The translations under genes were made by a program, and so were the position numbers. From assembly GCA_965221905.1 (NCBI GenBank), contig OZ244922.1:2016001-2080000 (forward strand): a stretch of 64,000 bases of DNA, written 5' to 3'. The notes under the pieces are model-generated. The model did no database searches, was not told where the DNA came from, and was given only the letters and a program-made list of their open reading frames with translations. The DNA comes from Chloroflexota bacterium. Its GTDB lineage: Bacteria; Chloroflexota; UBA11872; VXOZ01. Shown piece after piece: positions 1-11,392 of this stretch (the stretch's first letter is position 1; each line of letters starts with the position of its first letter).

Positions 1-864
1 CAGGCCGGTGTGCTTGGCGGCGAGGTGCAAGATGTTGTTTTGCTCGACGTGACGCCGCTCAGCTTGGGCGTTGAGACGCTTGGCGGCGTGTTCACGAAGA
101 TGATCGAGCGCAATACAACCGTGCCCACGCGAAAGAGCGAGATTTTCTCCACCGCACAAGACGGCCAGAACGCGGTAGACATTATGGTCTATCAGGGCGA
201 ACGCCCAATGGCAAAGGACAATATGCCCTTGGGTCAGTTTCGTTTGGAGGGTATTCCGCCTGCGCCGCGCGGTGTACCTCAGGTTGACGTGACATTCGAT
301 ATCGACGCCAACGGCATTTTAAACGTGACGGCCAAGGACCTGGGCAGCGGAAAAGAGCAGAACGTGACCATCCACGCGTCCACGACCCTCAGCAAAGATC
401 AAGTGGACCAGATGGTCAAGGAAGCCGAAGAACACGCCGACGATGACCGCGCGCGTGCCGAGGAAATAGAATTGCGCAACCGCGCGGATACCCTCTTGTA
501 TCAGACGGAGCGTTCAATTAAGGATCTTGGGGACGACGTGCCTGAGGAGGACCGTACGGCAGTGGAAGGTGCGCTCGAGCAACTGCGCGAGGCCCTAAAG
601 GGAGATGACACTGCGAGCATCAACGCGGCGGTGGAAGAGGTGCAGCAAGCGTCAATGAAGATTGGCGAGGCCATGTACGCCCGCGCCGCAGCGGCGCAAG
701 ATGGTGATGGCGATGGCAATGGCGATCCGGTTGGCGCTGCAGCCGGCACGCAAGACAGCGCCGCCGAGAGCAGTGACGATTCCGTTGTTGATGCTGAGTT
801 CCGTGCCACAGATGAATCTGACTCGGAAGGCAAAAAGGAAGCGACTGGCGCCGAGAAGCGCTAG
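1..864 (+). CDS. dnaK: Chaperone DnaK, C-terminal part (5' end outside window)
   Basis: [39 protein letters not shown] and terminal VVDAEF motifs; followed by grpE. Confidence 0.98.
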   Translation, partial: QAGVLGGEVQDVVLLDVTPLSLGVETLGGVFTKMIERNTTVPTRKSEIFSTAQDGQNAVDIMVYQGERPMAKDNMPLGQFRLEGIPPAPRGVPQVDVTFDIDANGILNVTAKDLGSGKEQNVTIHASTTLSKDQVDQMVKEAEEHADDDRARAEEIELRNRADTLLYQTERSIKDLGDDVPEEDRTAVEGALEQLREALKGDDTASINAAVEEVQQASMKIGEAMYARAAAAQDGDGDGNGDPVGAAAGTQDSAAESSDDSVVDAEFRATDESDSEGKKEATGAEKR

Positions 865-912
865 GTAGGTGGCTGCTTTTATAGCCGCCTCTAGGTGGGA
901 GGTTTGTAACTA

Positions 913-1560
913 ATGGCACGAACGAAGAAGGCTACACAGTCTGCCGGCGAAGAAACTGAGGCCCGCGCCGCTGAGTTGGCGCAGGAGCAGGACAATCATG
1001 ATTCGCCGGACGCCGGCGCAGCCGCCGAATTTGACTTGGAGCAATTCGGTACGGGTGCATCACTTGAAGAGCAACTTGCTTCTGCCGCGCAAGAAGCTGA
1101 GACGTACAAAGATCGATTCTTGCGTGCGCGCGCCGATTTGGAGAATTACCGGAGACGGTCGGTCCAATACGCTGCGGAGGGCATCCGTGAGGCTCAGAAG
1201 CAGACATTTGAAGCCTTTCTGCCTGTCGTGGACAATCTTGAAAGAGCTGTCGCCTATCAGGAACAGCACCAGACAGACTCCGTAGAAGACCTGCTTACTG
1301 GCATTCGCATGACACTATTGCAGGTCCGCGAAGTATTGGAGCGTCAAGAGGTAAAGCGCATCGAAGCCTTGGGTGAGCCCTTCGATCCGCGCTATCACGA
1401 AGCAATAGAGGTTCAGACGACTGAATGCGACGTGGACGCCGATACCGTCGTTGGGGAGATACAGACAGGCTATCTCTTTGGTGATACGGTTCTTCGTCCC
1501 GCGAGAGTTCGCGTGGCGCAGCAGCGCCATTTAGATGAAGAACCAAGTGATACCCCCTGA
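913..1560 (+). CDS. grpE: Nucleotide exchange factor GrpE
   Basis: RARADLENYRRR, FDPRYHEA, GYLFGDTVLRPARVRV; GGGAGG RBS upstream. Confidence 0.96.
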   Translation: MARTKKATQSAGEETEARAAELAQEQDNHDSPDAGAAAEFDLEQFGTGASLEEQLASAAQEAETYKDRFLRARADLENYRRRSVQYAAEGIREAQKQTFEAFLPVVDNLERAVAYQEQHQTDSVEDLLTGIRMTLLQVREVLERQEVKRIEALGEPFDPRYHEAIEVQTTECDVDADTVVGEIQTGYLFGDTVLRPARVRVAQQRHLDEEPSDTP

Positions 1561-1613
1561 AGGCAACGGAATCCGCGGCCTGAACGCATGCCTTGAGCCG
1601 CAAAGTGAGTGTG

Positions 1614-2624
1614 ATGGAGTTCAAGGACTATTACAAGGTACTGGGCGTGTCGCCCAAGACTTCGACGAAGGAAATAAAAGAGACCTATCGGCGTCTTGCC
1701 CGCAAGTACCACCCGGACGTGAACCCCGGCGACTCCAACGCAGAGGACCGATTCAAGGAAATCAATGAAGCGTATGAGGCGCTGCGGGACGAGAAGAAGC
1801 GGGCGCGCTACGACCAATTGCGGGCTGTTCACCAATCAGGGCGACCCTGGCAAAACCATGCGCGTACCGGCGGCAGCGGCTTCCCATTTGACATGGGCGG
1901 ACGAGGAGGCATCGATTTCGATGGCATCGGGCGTGGCAATGTGAGGTCCGGCGGCTTTTCTGACTTCTTTGAGTCGCTCTTCGGTCGTACGCAGCAACCG
2001 GGCGACCAACAAGGCCGCGATCTGGAGCAGGAGATAGAGGTCACTCTGGCCGAAGCCTTTGCGGGCACTTTACGCACGTTCGACTTGCAGGTGCCGGGAC
2101 CATGCCCTGCTTGTGCGGGCTCTGGGCGCGCCGAAGGTACAGTGTGTACTGTGTGCCGGGGCAGTGGCAGCCGCTTGCGGCACCGACGCCTCGAAGTGAA
2201 GATTCCCGCCGGAGTGCGTGAAGGCTCCCGAATCCGCGTCGCCGGTGAAGGCCATCCCGGGAGAAACGGCGAGCGCGGCAATCTGTATCTGGTAGTCAAG
2301 ATTGCACCGGACTCACGTTATGAGTTGAAGTCCGACGATTTGCACACTGACGTGCAGGTTGATCTCGTAGATGCTGTACTGGGCGCGGAGATACTGGTGC
2401 CGACTCCTGACGGCAAGAACGTCGTAATGCGCATTCCTCCTGAAACTCAGAATGGGCAGATATTTCGACTTGCCGGCCAAGGCATGCCGAAACTGAAGAG
2501 TAGCGAGCGCGGCGGCCTGTTTGTTCGCGTGCAGGTTCGACTACCGAAGGGACTGACGTCTCGCGAGAAAGAGCTCTTTGCAGAGCTGGCTCTACTGCGG
2601 AAGGGGAGCCCAGTCACAGCGTAG
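1614..2624 (+). CDS. dnaJ: DnaJ-class co-chaperone (J domain, G/F region, reduced Zn finger, C-terminal domain)
   Basis: KDYYKVLGV...YHPDVN J domain; two CxxCxGxG repeats; ATG at 1614 chosen as start. Confidence 0.9.
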   Translation: MEFKDYYKVLGVSPKTSTKEIKETYRRLARKYHPDVNPGDSNAEDRFKEINEAYEALRDEKKRARYDQLRAVHQSGRPWQNHARTGGSGFPFDMGGRGGIDFDGIGRGNVRSGGFSDFFESLFGRTQQPGDQQGRDLEQEIEVTLAEAFAGTLRTFDLQVPGPCPACAGSGRAEGTVCTVCRGSGSRLRHRRLEVKIPAGVREGSRIRVAGEGHPGRNGERGNLYLVVKIAPDSRYELKSDDLHTDVQVDLVDAVLGAEILVPTPDGKNVVMRIPPETQNGQIFRLAGQGMPKLKSSERGGLFVRVQVRLPKGLTSREKELFAELALLRKGSPVTA

Positions 2625-2674
2625 AGCGCGAACCGGGATAAAGCTACGCTTCACCGGGCAAATAGAGGATAACC

Positions 2675-3037
2675 ATGGACATTCGCTTTGAAGGCGAGGG
2701 GCCATTCTATGCCATAGGTGTAGTGGCTGAGGTACTGCGCGTTCACCCCCAGACGCTCCGGCACTACGAGCGACTGGGTTTGGTCAAGCCCCGTCGTTCC
2801 AAAGGCAATGTGAGACTCTATTCGCATGCGGACTTGGAGAGAATGGAGCAAATACAGCGTCTCGTCAATGATCTTGGAGTTAATCTCGCGGGTGTGGAAG
2901 TGATCCTAAACCTCACCGAGCGCATGGAAAGGCTCCAACAGGAAATGGATGAGAGACTCACCGCGCAGCGCGAGCAATACGAAGCAGAGCTAGCCCGCCT
3001 CAAAGGTCTGCTGCAGCGCGTGACCCAAAATTACTAG
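2675..3037 (+). CDS. hspR: MerR-family heat-shock repressor HspR-like
   Basis: VHPQTLRHYERLGLVKP, RLYS, LGVNLAGVEVIL; lies after dnaJ. Confidence 0.85.
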   Translation: MDIRFEGEGPFYAIGVVAEVLRVHPQTLRHYERLGLVKPRRSKGNVRLYSHADLERMEQIQRLVNDLGVNLAGVEVILNLTERMERLQQEMDERLTAQREQYEAELARLKGLLQRVTQNY

Positions 3038-3161
3038 GGACAAATGACCAAGCCGCCACTTTCGCAAAGAAGGCCCTGCTTGAGACGATTGAGAATCTGC
3101 TGATGTAGAATGACTGCGGCTTTTCTTCAAGGATGAAAGCGAAACGAAAAGGACAAGGGAG

Positions 3162-5639
3162 ATGGCGTGGAATAACCGTTTCACGACAAAGGCGCAAGAA
3201 GCTCTCGCAAAAGCCCAAGAGGTAATGCTGGAGCACAACCACAATCAACTTGATACCGAACACATCATGCTGGCGCTGCTCAAGCAGAACGACGGTTTGG
3301 TGCCGCAGATGCTGGGAATACTCAATGTCGATTCAGCGCAGCTTGAACAGCGTCTTGAAGGGACACTGCGGCCGCAAGTCACATTCGGACAGGGCGGACA
3401 AGCACAGTATTACCTGACGCCGCGCGCCAAGCGTGTGCTCGACTTGGCTGCGGAAGAGGCGGCCCGACTCAAGGATGAATATGTCGGTACCGAGCATCTA
3501 TTCATCGCAATTTCCGGCGCGGAGGATGGGGATACCCACCGCATCCTGCGGGAAGCCGGCATAGACCGAGAAAAGATCTATCAAGCGATGGAGAAAGTGC
3601 GCGGCTCACATCGCGTTACCGACCCGGAAGCGGAATCCAAATATCGCATGCTGGAGCGCTACGGCCTTGACCTGACGCAGTTTGCGCGTGACAACAAGCT
3701 CGACCCGGTTATTGGACGTGCTGAGGAGATTCATCGCGTGATGCAGATCCTCTCGCGGCGTACCAAGAACAACCCCGTACTCATGGGCGAACCCGGTGTC
3801 GGCAAGACCGCCATCGTGGAAGGACTGGCGCAGCGCATCGTGAACGGCGACGTGCCCGAGCAGCTACGTGAGAAACGCGTTATCGCTTTGGATATGGCTG
3901 CGCTTCTTGCAGGGGCAAAATTCCGGGGTGAGTTTGAGGAACGGCTCAAGGGTGTTGTGGATGAGGTGCAGAAAGCAAAGCGCGAAGTTATTCTATTCAT
4001 CGATGAGCTTCATACCGTGGTCGGCGCGGGTGGCGCCGAAGGTGCAATTGACGCGGCAAACATCCTCAAGCCGGCGCTGGCGCGCGGTGAACTGCAAGTC
4101 GTCGGCGCCACGACACTGGACGATTATCGCCGCCACATCGAGAAAGACTCTGCACTCGAGCGTCGGTTCCAACCGGTCTATGTCGAAGAGCCGACAGTGG
4201 AGGACACAATCGCAATCCTTCGAGGGCTTCGCGACAAATACGAGGCCCATCACGGCCTGAAAATTCTCAATGGTGCTCTGAGTGCCGCGGCAAAGCTTTC
4301 GCAACGATACCTCACTGAACGATTCCTGCCGGACAAAGCCATTGATCTCATCGATGAGGCGGCGGCGAAAGTGCGCATGGAGATTTTCAGCATGCCCGAT
4401 GACATCAAGGAGCTTGAAAGTCGATTAAAGCGGTGTGAGCGCGAAGAGGAAGCCGCATGGCAAAATCGGGACTACGAGAAAGCTGCCAATTATCGCACGG
4501 AGCACCTGCGATTGCAGGAAGAGTATGAGAGTGCCCGCGAAGGGTGGCTTGGCAGCCAAGAGATGCACGACGAGGTTGACGCGAAAGACGTCGCTCAAGT
4601 GCTTGCGAAGTGGACCGGTATTCCGGTGGCACAGCTCTTCCAAGAGGAAGCCGCGAAGCTCTTGCACATGGAAGAGGAGCTACACAAGCGAATTGTAAGC
4701 CAAGAAGAAGCCATACTAGCCGTGTCTGAAGCGATTCGCCGCTCGCGCTCAGGCTTGGCAAACCCCAAGCGACCGATTGGCAGCTTCCTTTTCGTTGGTC
4801 CCACGGGTGTCGGCAAGACCGAACTCGCGCGGGCACTTGCCGAGTTCATGTTCGATGACGAAGATGCTTTGGTGCGGATCGATATGTCGGAGTATCGGGA
4901 GCGGCATAGCGTGAGTCGTCTGATTGGCGCTCCCCCCGGGTATGTTGGATTCGAAGAAGGCGGACAGTTGACGGAGGCTGTGCGTCGGCGGCCCTACCGA
5001 GTGGTGCTCTTCGACGAGGTTGAAAAGGCGCACGCAGACGTATTCAATACGTTGCTTCAGGTCATGGAGGACGGGCGACTGACAGACGGCCGCGGACATG
5101 TTGTCGATTTTCGCAACACGGTCATCATCATGACCTCCAATGTCGGCGCGAACATACTTAGCACCAATGGTACTCTTGGCTTCCAACCCGGTGGTACGGA
5201 TGAAGAGAGAGAAGACTTCGAATCTATCAAGGCGAAACTGCATAGAGAGCTACGGCAAATGTTTCGGCCCGAGTTTCTCAATCGGATCGATGAGATCATT
5301 GTCTTTCACTACTTGAACAAACTTCAATTGCGGGATGTCGTCGAACGCATGCTTCATGAGGTGCGCCAGCGCTTGGTAGAGCGCAGTGTCACGCTCGACG
5401 TGAGCGCGGCGGCCAAGGATTGGCTGGTCGAAAACGGCTACGACCATGACTATGGCGCCCGGCCTCTGCGCAGGCTTGTACAGCGTGAGATCGAAAACAC
5501 GCTGGCCAAGATGCTACTGAATGGTGAGCTAGCCGAGGGGCATGGCGTAACAGTGGACTTGCTGGGAGACAGATTGCACTTCGTGGCGGCCCCGCGTCCT
5601 GCTGTATTGGAAACCACTATGGAAGCGGCAGTATCATAG
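3162..5639 (+). CDS. clpC: ATP-dependent Clp protease ATP-binding subunit, ClpC type
   Basis: Clp_N repeats; two Walker A motifs ([16 protein letters not shown]); short UVR-like middle domain; LGF ClpP-docking loop (NGTLGFQ). Confidence 0.88.
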   Translation: MAWNNRFTTKAQEALAKAQEVMLEHNHNQLDTEHIMLALLKQNDGLVPQMLGILNVDSAQLEQRLEGTLRPQVTFGQGGQAQYYLTPRAKRVLDLAAEEAARLKDEYVGTEHLFIAISGAEDGDTHRILREAGIDREKIYQAMEKVRGSHRVTDPEAESKYRMLERYGLDLTQFARDNKLDPVIGRAEEIHRVMQILSRRTKNNPVLMGEPGVGKTAIVEGLAQRIVNGDVPEQLREKRVIALDMAALLAGAKFRGEFEERLKGVVDEVQKAKREVILFIDELHTVVGAGGAEGAIDAANILKPALARGELQVVGATTLDDYRRHIEKDSALERRFQPVYVEEPTVEDTIAILRGLRDKYEAHHGLKILNGALSAAAKLSQRYLTERFLPDKAIDLIDEAAAKVRMEIFSMPDDIKELESRLKRCEREEEAAWQNRDYEKAANYRTEHLRLQEEYESAREGWLGSQEMHDEVDAKDVAQVLAKWTGIPVAQLFQEEAAKLLHMEEELHKRIVSQEEAILAVSEAIRRSRSGLANPKRPIGSFLFVGPTGVGKTELARALAEFMFDDEDALVRIDMSEYRERHSVSRLIGAPPGYVGFEEGGQLTEAVRRRPYRVVLFDEVEKAHADVFNTLLQVMEDGRLTDGRGHVVDFRNTVIIMTSNVGANILSTNGTLGFQPGGTDEEREDFESIKAKLHRELRQMFRPEFLNRIDEIIVFHYLNKLQLRDVVERMLHEVRQRLVERSVTLDVSAAAKDWLVENGYDHDYGARPLRRLVQREIENTLAKMLLNGELAEGHGVTVDLLGDRLHFVAAPRPAVLETTMEAAVS

Positions 5640-5974
5640 TAGACCTGTCCCCGATTACTCATTGCCAAGGTGCTCCAATGAGACCTGAAAGAGAGGCCGA
5701 TGATGCACTGCTCCGTGGCTGCGGCTACCGGGGCAGTGGCAGTAATGCTCCGCCGGTAGTTCCACCGGACGGACGCGCTTGCCCCAGTCTGCAAAAAATG
5801 TAGGCCCGGTTGTAAGACCTCTCTTCTCACTTGCATGAAGTGATAGCGTGTTGGCTCTGCGGGTAGTTTCCTCGTCCAAACTTACCAGGACTGGGGAGGT
5901 GAAATAGTGCCATTAGCCAACACTCGTGTCCGTTCAAGAGCCAAGTTACTATCTTTACTAAGGAGCATTTTTTC

Positions 5975-7756
5975 GTGAGTGAACGATGGAAACGCACCCA
6001 TACCTGTGGCGAGTTACGCGAACAAGATGTCGCGCAGACGGTCACGCTGAACGGGTGGGTGCACCGGCGGCGAGACCATGGCGGCGTAGTTTTTCTAGAC
6101 CTGCGTGATCGCTATGGCCTTACGCAAGTGGTGATAGACCCGCAAGCCTCGCCAGATGTTCAGGCAACTGTCTCTCGAGTCCGCAATGAATTCGTGCTCA
6201 GCCTGTCTGGCACGGTTCAAGTGCGTCCCGAAGGCACGCGGAATCCCAATCTGCCTACGGGCGATATCGAGGTGCACGCCACAGTCATTCAGGTTCTTTC
6301 GGCAACGCAAACACCGCCGTTCGATCTCAACAACCCTGACTTGGAGGTGGATGAGTCGATTCGGTTGCGCTACCGGTACTTGGACCTGCGGCGTGAAGAG
6401 ATGCAACGGAAGATGGAGCTGCGACACCGGTTAACAAAGGCGATCCGTGATTTCATGGATGCGGAAGGCTTTTGGGAGATCGAGACGCCAATTCTCTTGA
6501 AGAGCACGCCGGAGGGCGCACGCGACTACCTTGTACCCAGCCGCGTCCATGCCGGACGATTCTATGCCTTGCCGCAATCGCCCCAGCAACTCAAGCAATT
6601 GCTCATGGTCTCCGGCATGGACCGCTACTTCCAGATTGCGCGATGTTTCCGCGACGAAGACCCCCGTGCAGACCGCCAGCCTGAGTTTACCCAACTTGAC
6701 ATTGAAATGTCGTTTGTGGAGCGCGACGACGTCATGGACGTGATAGAGCGCCTCTATCTGGCGCTTGCAGATACGCACAGCAGCAAGTCGGTCCAAGCTC
6801 AACCGATCCCCCGCATGCCCTTTGCGGAGGCAATGGAGAAGTACGGTACGGACTGCCCCGACGTGCGCTTTGGCTTGGAGCTCGTCGACGTCTCCAATAT
6901 TGCGCAAGACACGAAATTCCGCGTTTTCAAAGAGGTGATTGCCAAGGGTGGCATTGTCAAAGGATTGCGTGCTCCAGGGTGCGGCCACTACTCGCGCAAG
7001 CAAGTGGATGAACTAACGAACATCGTTCGTTCATTGGGCGGCAAGGGCATGGTAACCATTGCCATTGAGGAAGGCGGTTTGCGTTCCCCGGTACTTCAGC
7101 ATCTTGGCGAAGAGGCGGCAAGACGAATAGCCTCAGCCCTCTCGGCGGAAACGGGCGACCTCGTGCTCATAGTGGCCGATCAGCCGGGCGTTACGAACGC
7201 AGTGCTCGCTCGACTGCGCCTTGAAGTCGGCGACCGGCTCGGTCTTCGTGATCCAAAAACGCTTGCTTTTTGCTGGATCGTGGACTTCCCCTTATTCGAA
7301 TGGGACGATGATGCAAGCCGCTGGACTTTTGTCCACAACCCCTTCTGCGGGCCGTATCCGGAAGATGAAGAGCTGGTGATTTCCGATCCGGGCAGCGCCC
7401 GTTCACTGCAATACGACCTGGTTTGTAACGGCTGGGAAGTAGGCGGCGGCAGCGTCCGCGCGCACAGGCGAGAGCTCCTTGAGCAGATATGGCTCACCAT
7501 GGGCTTTACCAAGGCACAGATTAACGAGCAAATCGGACACATGTTGGAAGCCTTCTCGTACGGCGTGCCGCCCCATGGCGGCATCGCGATGGGGCTTGAC
7601 CGCATCATCGCAATATTCGCCGACGTGGAGAGCATCCGCGAAACAATCGCTTTTCCCAAGAACCAGCAGGCGGTAGACCTCATGACACAAGCTCCATCGC
7701 CTGCATCGGACCTCCAACTCAAAGAAGTGCACTTGGCGTTGCGGCCGCAAAAGTAA
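5975..7756 (+). CDS. aspS: Aspartate--tRNA ligase, probably non-discriminating Asp/Asn type
   Basis: RTHTCGEL, STPEGARDYLVPSR, QSPQ, FRDEDPRADRQPEFTQLD, PPHGGIAMGLDR; His in RRDHGG and Gly in RPEG are typical of ND-AspRS. Confidence 0.97.
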   Translation: MSERWKRTHTCGELREQDVAQTVTLNGWVHRRRDHGGVVFLDLRDRYGLTQVVIDPQASPDVQATVSRVRNEFVLSLSGTVQVRPEGTRNPNLPTGDIEVHATVIQVLSATQTPPFDLNNPDLEVDESIRLRYRYLDLRREEMQRKMELRHRLTKAIRDFMDAEGFWEIETPILLKSTPEGARDYLVPSRVHAGRFYALPQSPQQLKQLLMVSGMDRYFQIARCFRDEDPRADRQPEFTQLDIEMSFVERDDVMDVIERLYLALADTHSSKSVQAQPIPRMPFAEAMEKYGTDCPDVRFGLELVDVSNIAQDTKFRVFKEVIAKGGIVKGLRAPGCGHYSRKQVDELTNIVRSLGGKGMVTIAIEEGGLRSPVLQHLGEEAARRIASALSAETGDLVLIVADQPGVTNAVLARLRLEVGDRLGLRDPKTLAFCWIVDFPLFEWDDDASRWTFVHNPFCGPYPEDEELVISDPGSARSLQYDLVCNGWEVGGGSVRAHRRELLEQIWLTMGFTKAQINEQIGHMLEAFSYGVPPHGGIAMGLDRIIAIFADVESIRETIAFPKNQQAVDLMTQAPSPASDLQLKEVHLALRPQK

Positions 7757-7995
7757 TAGCTGATTTGGCGTAATTTTGGGGCTGGAAGGCGCGCCGTCCA
7801 CGCAAGCGATCGCGTGGAGGCGCGCCTGATGCTTTGGTAGTCGGAGAGGGCATTTCAATGGCTCGAATTGCGACCCGGTGCAGCGGGAACTTGGAATCAC
7901 CATACGTTCTCTGCTAGTCTTACTGCTAAAGCAAGGTCTATTGATAGCGCCGCTAGTGGTGTGATCCAGTAAGTGCAGTACATGGAGGCATTGCG

Positions 7996-8820
7996 TTGAA
8001 GATTTACATAATGACCGATATGGAAGCGGTTGCAGGTGTTGTCGATTCTGATAACTACTGCAATAAGAGCTCGCGCTACTATGAGCGCGGCCGCGAACTG
8101 ACGACGCTGGAAACCAACGCCGCAATAGAGGCGTGCCTCGAAGCGGGAGCGACGGAAATCCTGGTTGTGGATGGGCACGGTCACGAAGCCATCGATCCTA
8201 TACTGCTGCACCCGGAGGCGAAGGTCCTTGCCGGACGGCCCATTGGGTATCCGTTCGGGTGTGACGATAGCTTCGACGCGGCACTCAGCATCGGCCAGCA
8301 TGCAAAGTCAAACACCGACGGCGGCCATCTGGCCCACACGGGTTCGTTTACTGTCGAAGAGCTGACAATCAACGGCGTTTCCGTCGGCGAAATGGGCTGC
8401 AACTTTCTCTTTGCGTCTTACTTTGGTGTCCCTTCGATTTTCTTGAGCGGAGATCAAGCGGCCGCTGATGAAGCCAAGGCGCTCGTGCCCAACATTGAGA
8501 CCGCCGCCGTCAAAGCAGGACTTCATCGAGGACCGGCAGCGGGACTTTCCGGTGATGAGAATAGACAATATAATGGAGCCGCGATCCACCTGCACCCTAC
8601 CAAGGCCCGACAGTTGATCAAAGAAGGCGTGCGCCGCGCCCTTGCAAAGCGAAGTGAGATCAAGCCGTTCTGGCTGGAACCACCCTATGAGCTTTTAAGC
8701 GTTTCGCGACCTGAAAACGGAGCCCCTGCAAGGACCGCCCGGGCAGCCGCCGGCGATCTGCTTGAGCTTCTCAAGGCGCGGCGCACCTATTCCACCGCGC
8801 ATGCGGCCCCAGCGCGCTGA
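7996..8820 (+). CDS. M55-family metallopeptidase (D-aminopeptidase DppA-like)
   Basis: IYIMTDMEAVAGV, VVDGHG, HLAHT, GE, FLSGD motifs; GGAGG RBS. Confidence 0.88.
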   Translation: MKIYIMTDMEAVAGVVDSDNYCNKSSRYYERGRELTTLETNAAIEACLEAGATEILVVDGHGHEAIDPILLHPEAKVLAGRPIGYPFGCDDSFDAALSIGQHAKSNTDGGHLAHTGSFTVEELTINGVSVGEMGCNFLFASYFGVPSIFLSGDQAAADEAKALVPNIETAAVKAGLHRGPAAGLSGDENRQYNGAAIHLHPTKARQLIKEGVRRALAKRSEIKPFWLEPPYELLSVSRPENGAPARTARAAAGDLLELLKARRTYSTAHAAPAR

Positions 8821-9096
8821 CACAATTCCGGTCGCTGCAATTCCGGTACCCAAAGACTGCGATAGAGAAGACCAACTGCCCCTTGAGGATGCTTGGGCTA
8901 TGTGTGTCTGCTTCTCTGGACATTCACGCCGCTACCGCGCTTTCCTAGGTTGTTGAATGCGACTAAAGCGCTCTTCCTGCGGTACAATGGAGACTTGAAG
9001 GCACCAAAATGCGCATTCGATATCGGACAGTCATGAATGGGTGCTGACTGTTCCAAGAGTAGCGTCACCCGCACTGAAGAACTTGTGGTGAGTGGC

Positions 9097-9765
9097 ATGC
9101 AAATCCTCGTCGTTGACGACGACCAAAAAATCACCGCACTCCTTTTCCGCGCACTAACTCATCAGGGCTACGAAGTAGAAGTAGCGCACGATGGTTTCCA
9201 GGCCCTTTCGCTCGTATCGCAGAAACAGCCGGACCTCATCCTTCTCGATATTCTCATGCCCGGTCTTGATGGGTTGCGCGTTTGCAAGCGCATACGGCAG
9301 GAGAGCACGGTGCCAATCCTCATGCTCACCGCCAAAGATGAAGTTACCGATCGCGTGTTGGGATTGGATAGTGGGGCGGATGACTATCTCGTCAAGCCCT
9401 TCGAGCTAGAGGAGCTTTTTGCCCGCATTCGCGCCCTCCTGCGCAGAAGTACCTCCCCAGAAGACGAAGTGCTTCACTTTGCCGATCTCACACTTGATAC
9501 GGCCGGCAGGCGGGCACAGCGCAGCAATAGAACCTTCGACTTGACCGCCACAGAGTATGAGTTGCTCCTCCTCTTCATGCAGAATCCAAGGCGAGTCCTG
9601 CCACGACAGTACATTATGGAAAAAGTGTGGGGCTACGACTTTGAGGGAGAGTCGAACGTTCTGGAAGTCTACGTGGGTTACCTGCGGCAGAAGCTAGAGG
9701 CCGAAGGGGATTCCCGCATTATCTATACCGTGCGCGGCGTCGGTTACGTATTACGCGAGACCTAA
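9097..9765 (+). CDS. OmpR-family response regulator (MprA-like)
   Basis: ILVVDDD, LLDILMP, GADDYLVKPF; winged HTH with VWGYDF and TVRGVGY. Confidence 0.93.
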   Translation: MQILVVDDDQKITALLFRALTHQGYEVEVAHDGFQALSLVSQKQPDLILLDILMPGLDGLRVCKRIRQESTVPILMLTAKDEVTDRVLGLDSGADDYLVKPFELEELFARIRALLRRSTSPEDEVLHFADLTLDTAGRRAQRSNRTFDLTATEYELLLLFMQNPRRVLPRQYIMEKVWGYDFEGESNVLEVYVGYLRQKLEAEGDSRIIYTVRGVGYVLRET

Positions 9766-9768
9766 CTC

Positions 9769-11292
9769 ATGTCATTGCGTCTCCGCCTGACGTTTCTGGC
9801 GGGCAGCGTACTTGCGATAGTGCTCGTTGTCTATTATCTCTTTACGTACATTCTCATTTCTCGCGCTATCTTCGCTGAAGTCGATCAGGCCCTGGAAACC
9901 CAGGCGCGTGAGGCACTGCACTTCACGCAAACGCTTCCCACGGAGCGAGGACTGCAGATTGTGCTTCGACCGGAGTACAGCGATGCATTTGCCCACTCCG
10001 GCATCTTCCTACAGGTCGTCGGCAGTGACGGCACGGTCCTCTCTCGGTCGACCAACCTGGGTGACGAGCAGCTCCCTAGCGGTAATGAAGTACTTGAACG
10101 AGCGCGCAATGGTCAGCCCTTCATTGAGACTGCAGCAGTTCACGGTACCTTGCTGCGCATTTACCACCAACCTTATGTTGTCCAAGGGCGGCTGCGTAGC
10201 ATGCTACAACTCGCCCGTTCACTTGCCGACGTTGAATCAAATCTGCGCCAGCTACGGATTATAATTATCGTTGGCGGGAGTTTGAGCATCGTCGGCGCGA
10301 TGGGCTTGGCCTACTTGGTCGCACATGCCGGCCTGCTACCCCTCGAACGCCTGGCGCAGGCCGCCCAATTAATCGGTCAGACGCAAGATCTCAGTAAACG
10401 CGTGCCCCAAGCCGGCGCCAACGACGAGGTGGGGCGTCTCGCAGAAACCTTCAACACCATGCTTGACCGACTCCAGAGTAGCTATGCGCGGGTGGCGGAG
10501 GCACTTGCGGCCCAGCGGCGGCTCGTGGCCGACGCCTCGCACGAACTCCGGACTCCCTTGACGGTGATTCGCGGAAACGTGGGCCTGCTGCGGGATATCC
10601 CAGACCTAACGGAAGCGGAACGGAAGGATGCGCTCAATGACATAGCTGTAGAATCGGAGCGCATGAGCCGCTTGGTTTCAGATATGCTGGCGTTGGCCCG
10701 GGCTGATGCGGGCCAATCCCTTCGTCTTGAACGTGTCGATCTCAATGCAATTGCCGCGGATGTTTGCCGACAAGCGCCCTATTTCAACGCAATGGTGGCA
10801 GTGCGATTGAACGCGACCGGTGAAGATGTGTGCTTGATGGGGGACCCGGACTTACTCCGCCAATTAGTGCTTATCTTGCTAGACAATGCCCTAAAGTACA
10901 CACCGGCAGGCGGTTCGGTAACCGTAGGCACGGCGAGCGAATTGCGCGGGGTGCGGCTGATTGTGAAAGACACCGGCATCGGTATGCGAGAAGCTGACAT
11001 TGCCGGCGCATTTGACCGTTTCTACCAAGCCGATAGGACCCGCCATTCGGGCGGTTTTGGCCTCGGCCTATCGATTGCAAAGTGGATTGTGGAGGCGCAC
11101 GGGGCCAGCCTTGACATAAAGAGTGCACCCGATCAGGGAACCACCGTAACGGTCAGGTTGCCCCGGAACATGCCAAGCTCGGACGAAGAAACGGAGTCGC
11201 CAACGGAAGCGGCAGGGGAACCCAACGGCCAGAGTGTTGCGCATGCAGAGCAACCGGCCCCACCGCGGACCGATGACCTCGTGTCTTCATGA
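9769..11292 (+). CDS. Sensor histidine kinase (2 TM, HAMP, HisKA, HATPase)
   Basis: ASHELRTPL, DNALKYT, DTGIG, GFGLGLSI. Confidence 0.94.
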   Translation: MSLRLRLTFLAGSVLAIVLVVYYLFTYILISRAIFAEVDQALETQAREALHFTQTLPTERGLQIVLRPEYSDAFAHSGIFLQVVGSDGTVLSRSTNLGDEQLPSGNEVLERARNGQPFIETAAVHGTLLRIYHQPYVVQGRLRSMLQLARSLADVESNLRQLRIIIIVGGSLSIVGAMGLAYLVAHAGLLPLERLAQAAQLIGQTQDLSKRVPQAGANDEVGRLAETFNTMLDRLQSSYARVAEALAAQRRLVADASHELRTPLTVIRGNVGLLRDIPDLTEAERKDALNDIAVESERMSRLVSDMLALARADAGQSLRLERVDLNAIAADVCRQAPYFNAMVAVRLNATGEDVCLMGDPDLLRQLVLILLDNALKYTPAGGSVTVGTASELRGVRLIVKDTGIGMREADIAGAFDRFYQADRTRHSGGFGLGLSIAKWIVEAHGASLDIKSAPDQGTTVTVRLPRNMPSSDEETESPTEAAGEPNGQSVAHAEQPAPPRTDDLVSS

Positions 11293-11322
11293 CCTGCTGT
11301 TTCCTTGCCTAGACTGCCGCCC

Positions 11323-11355
11323 TTTCAGGTAGTGCTTAGCTAACAGCGGTACACT
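11323..11355 (+). promoter_or_regulatory. Putative MprA-like tandem hexamer box plus -10 element for htrA
   Basis: TTTCAG-N5-GCTTAG resembles the mycobacterial TCTCAG-N5-TCTCAG MprA box; followed by TACACT. Confidence 0.4.
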
Positions 11356-11392
11356 GAAACCAGAGAACGTCTCGTAGCAAGGAGGCGCGGCA

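Noticed and set aside
3040-3160. HAIR operator before clpC
   Set aside because: Only a CTTGAG half-site is present, with no matching CTCAAG.
5640-5975. T-box riboswitch or 6S RNA at aspS
   Set aside because: No TGGNACC antiterminator bulge, and the fold is branched rather than a 6S-like rod; kept only as an unknown RNA candidate.
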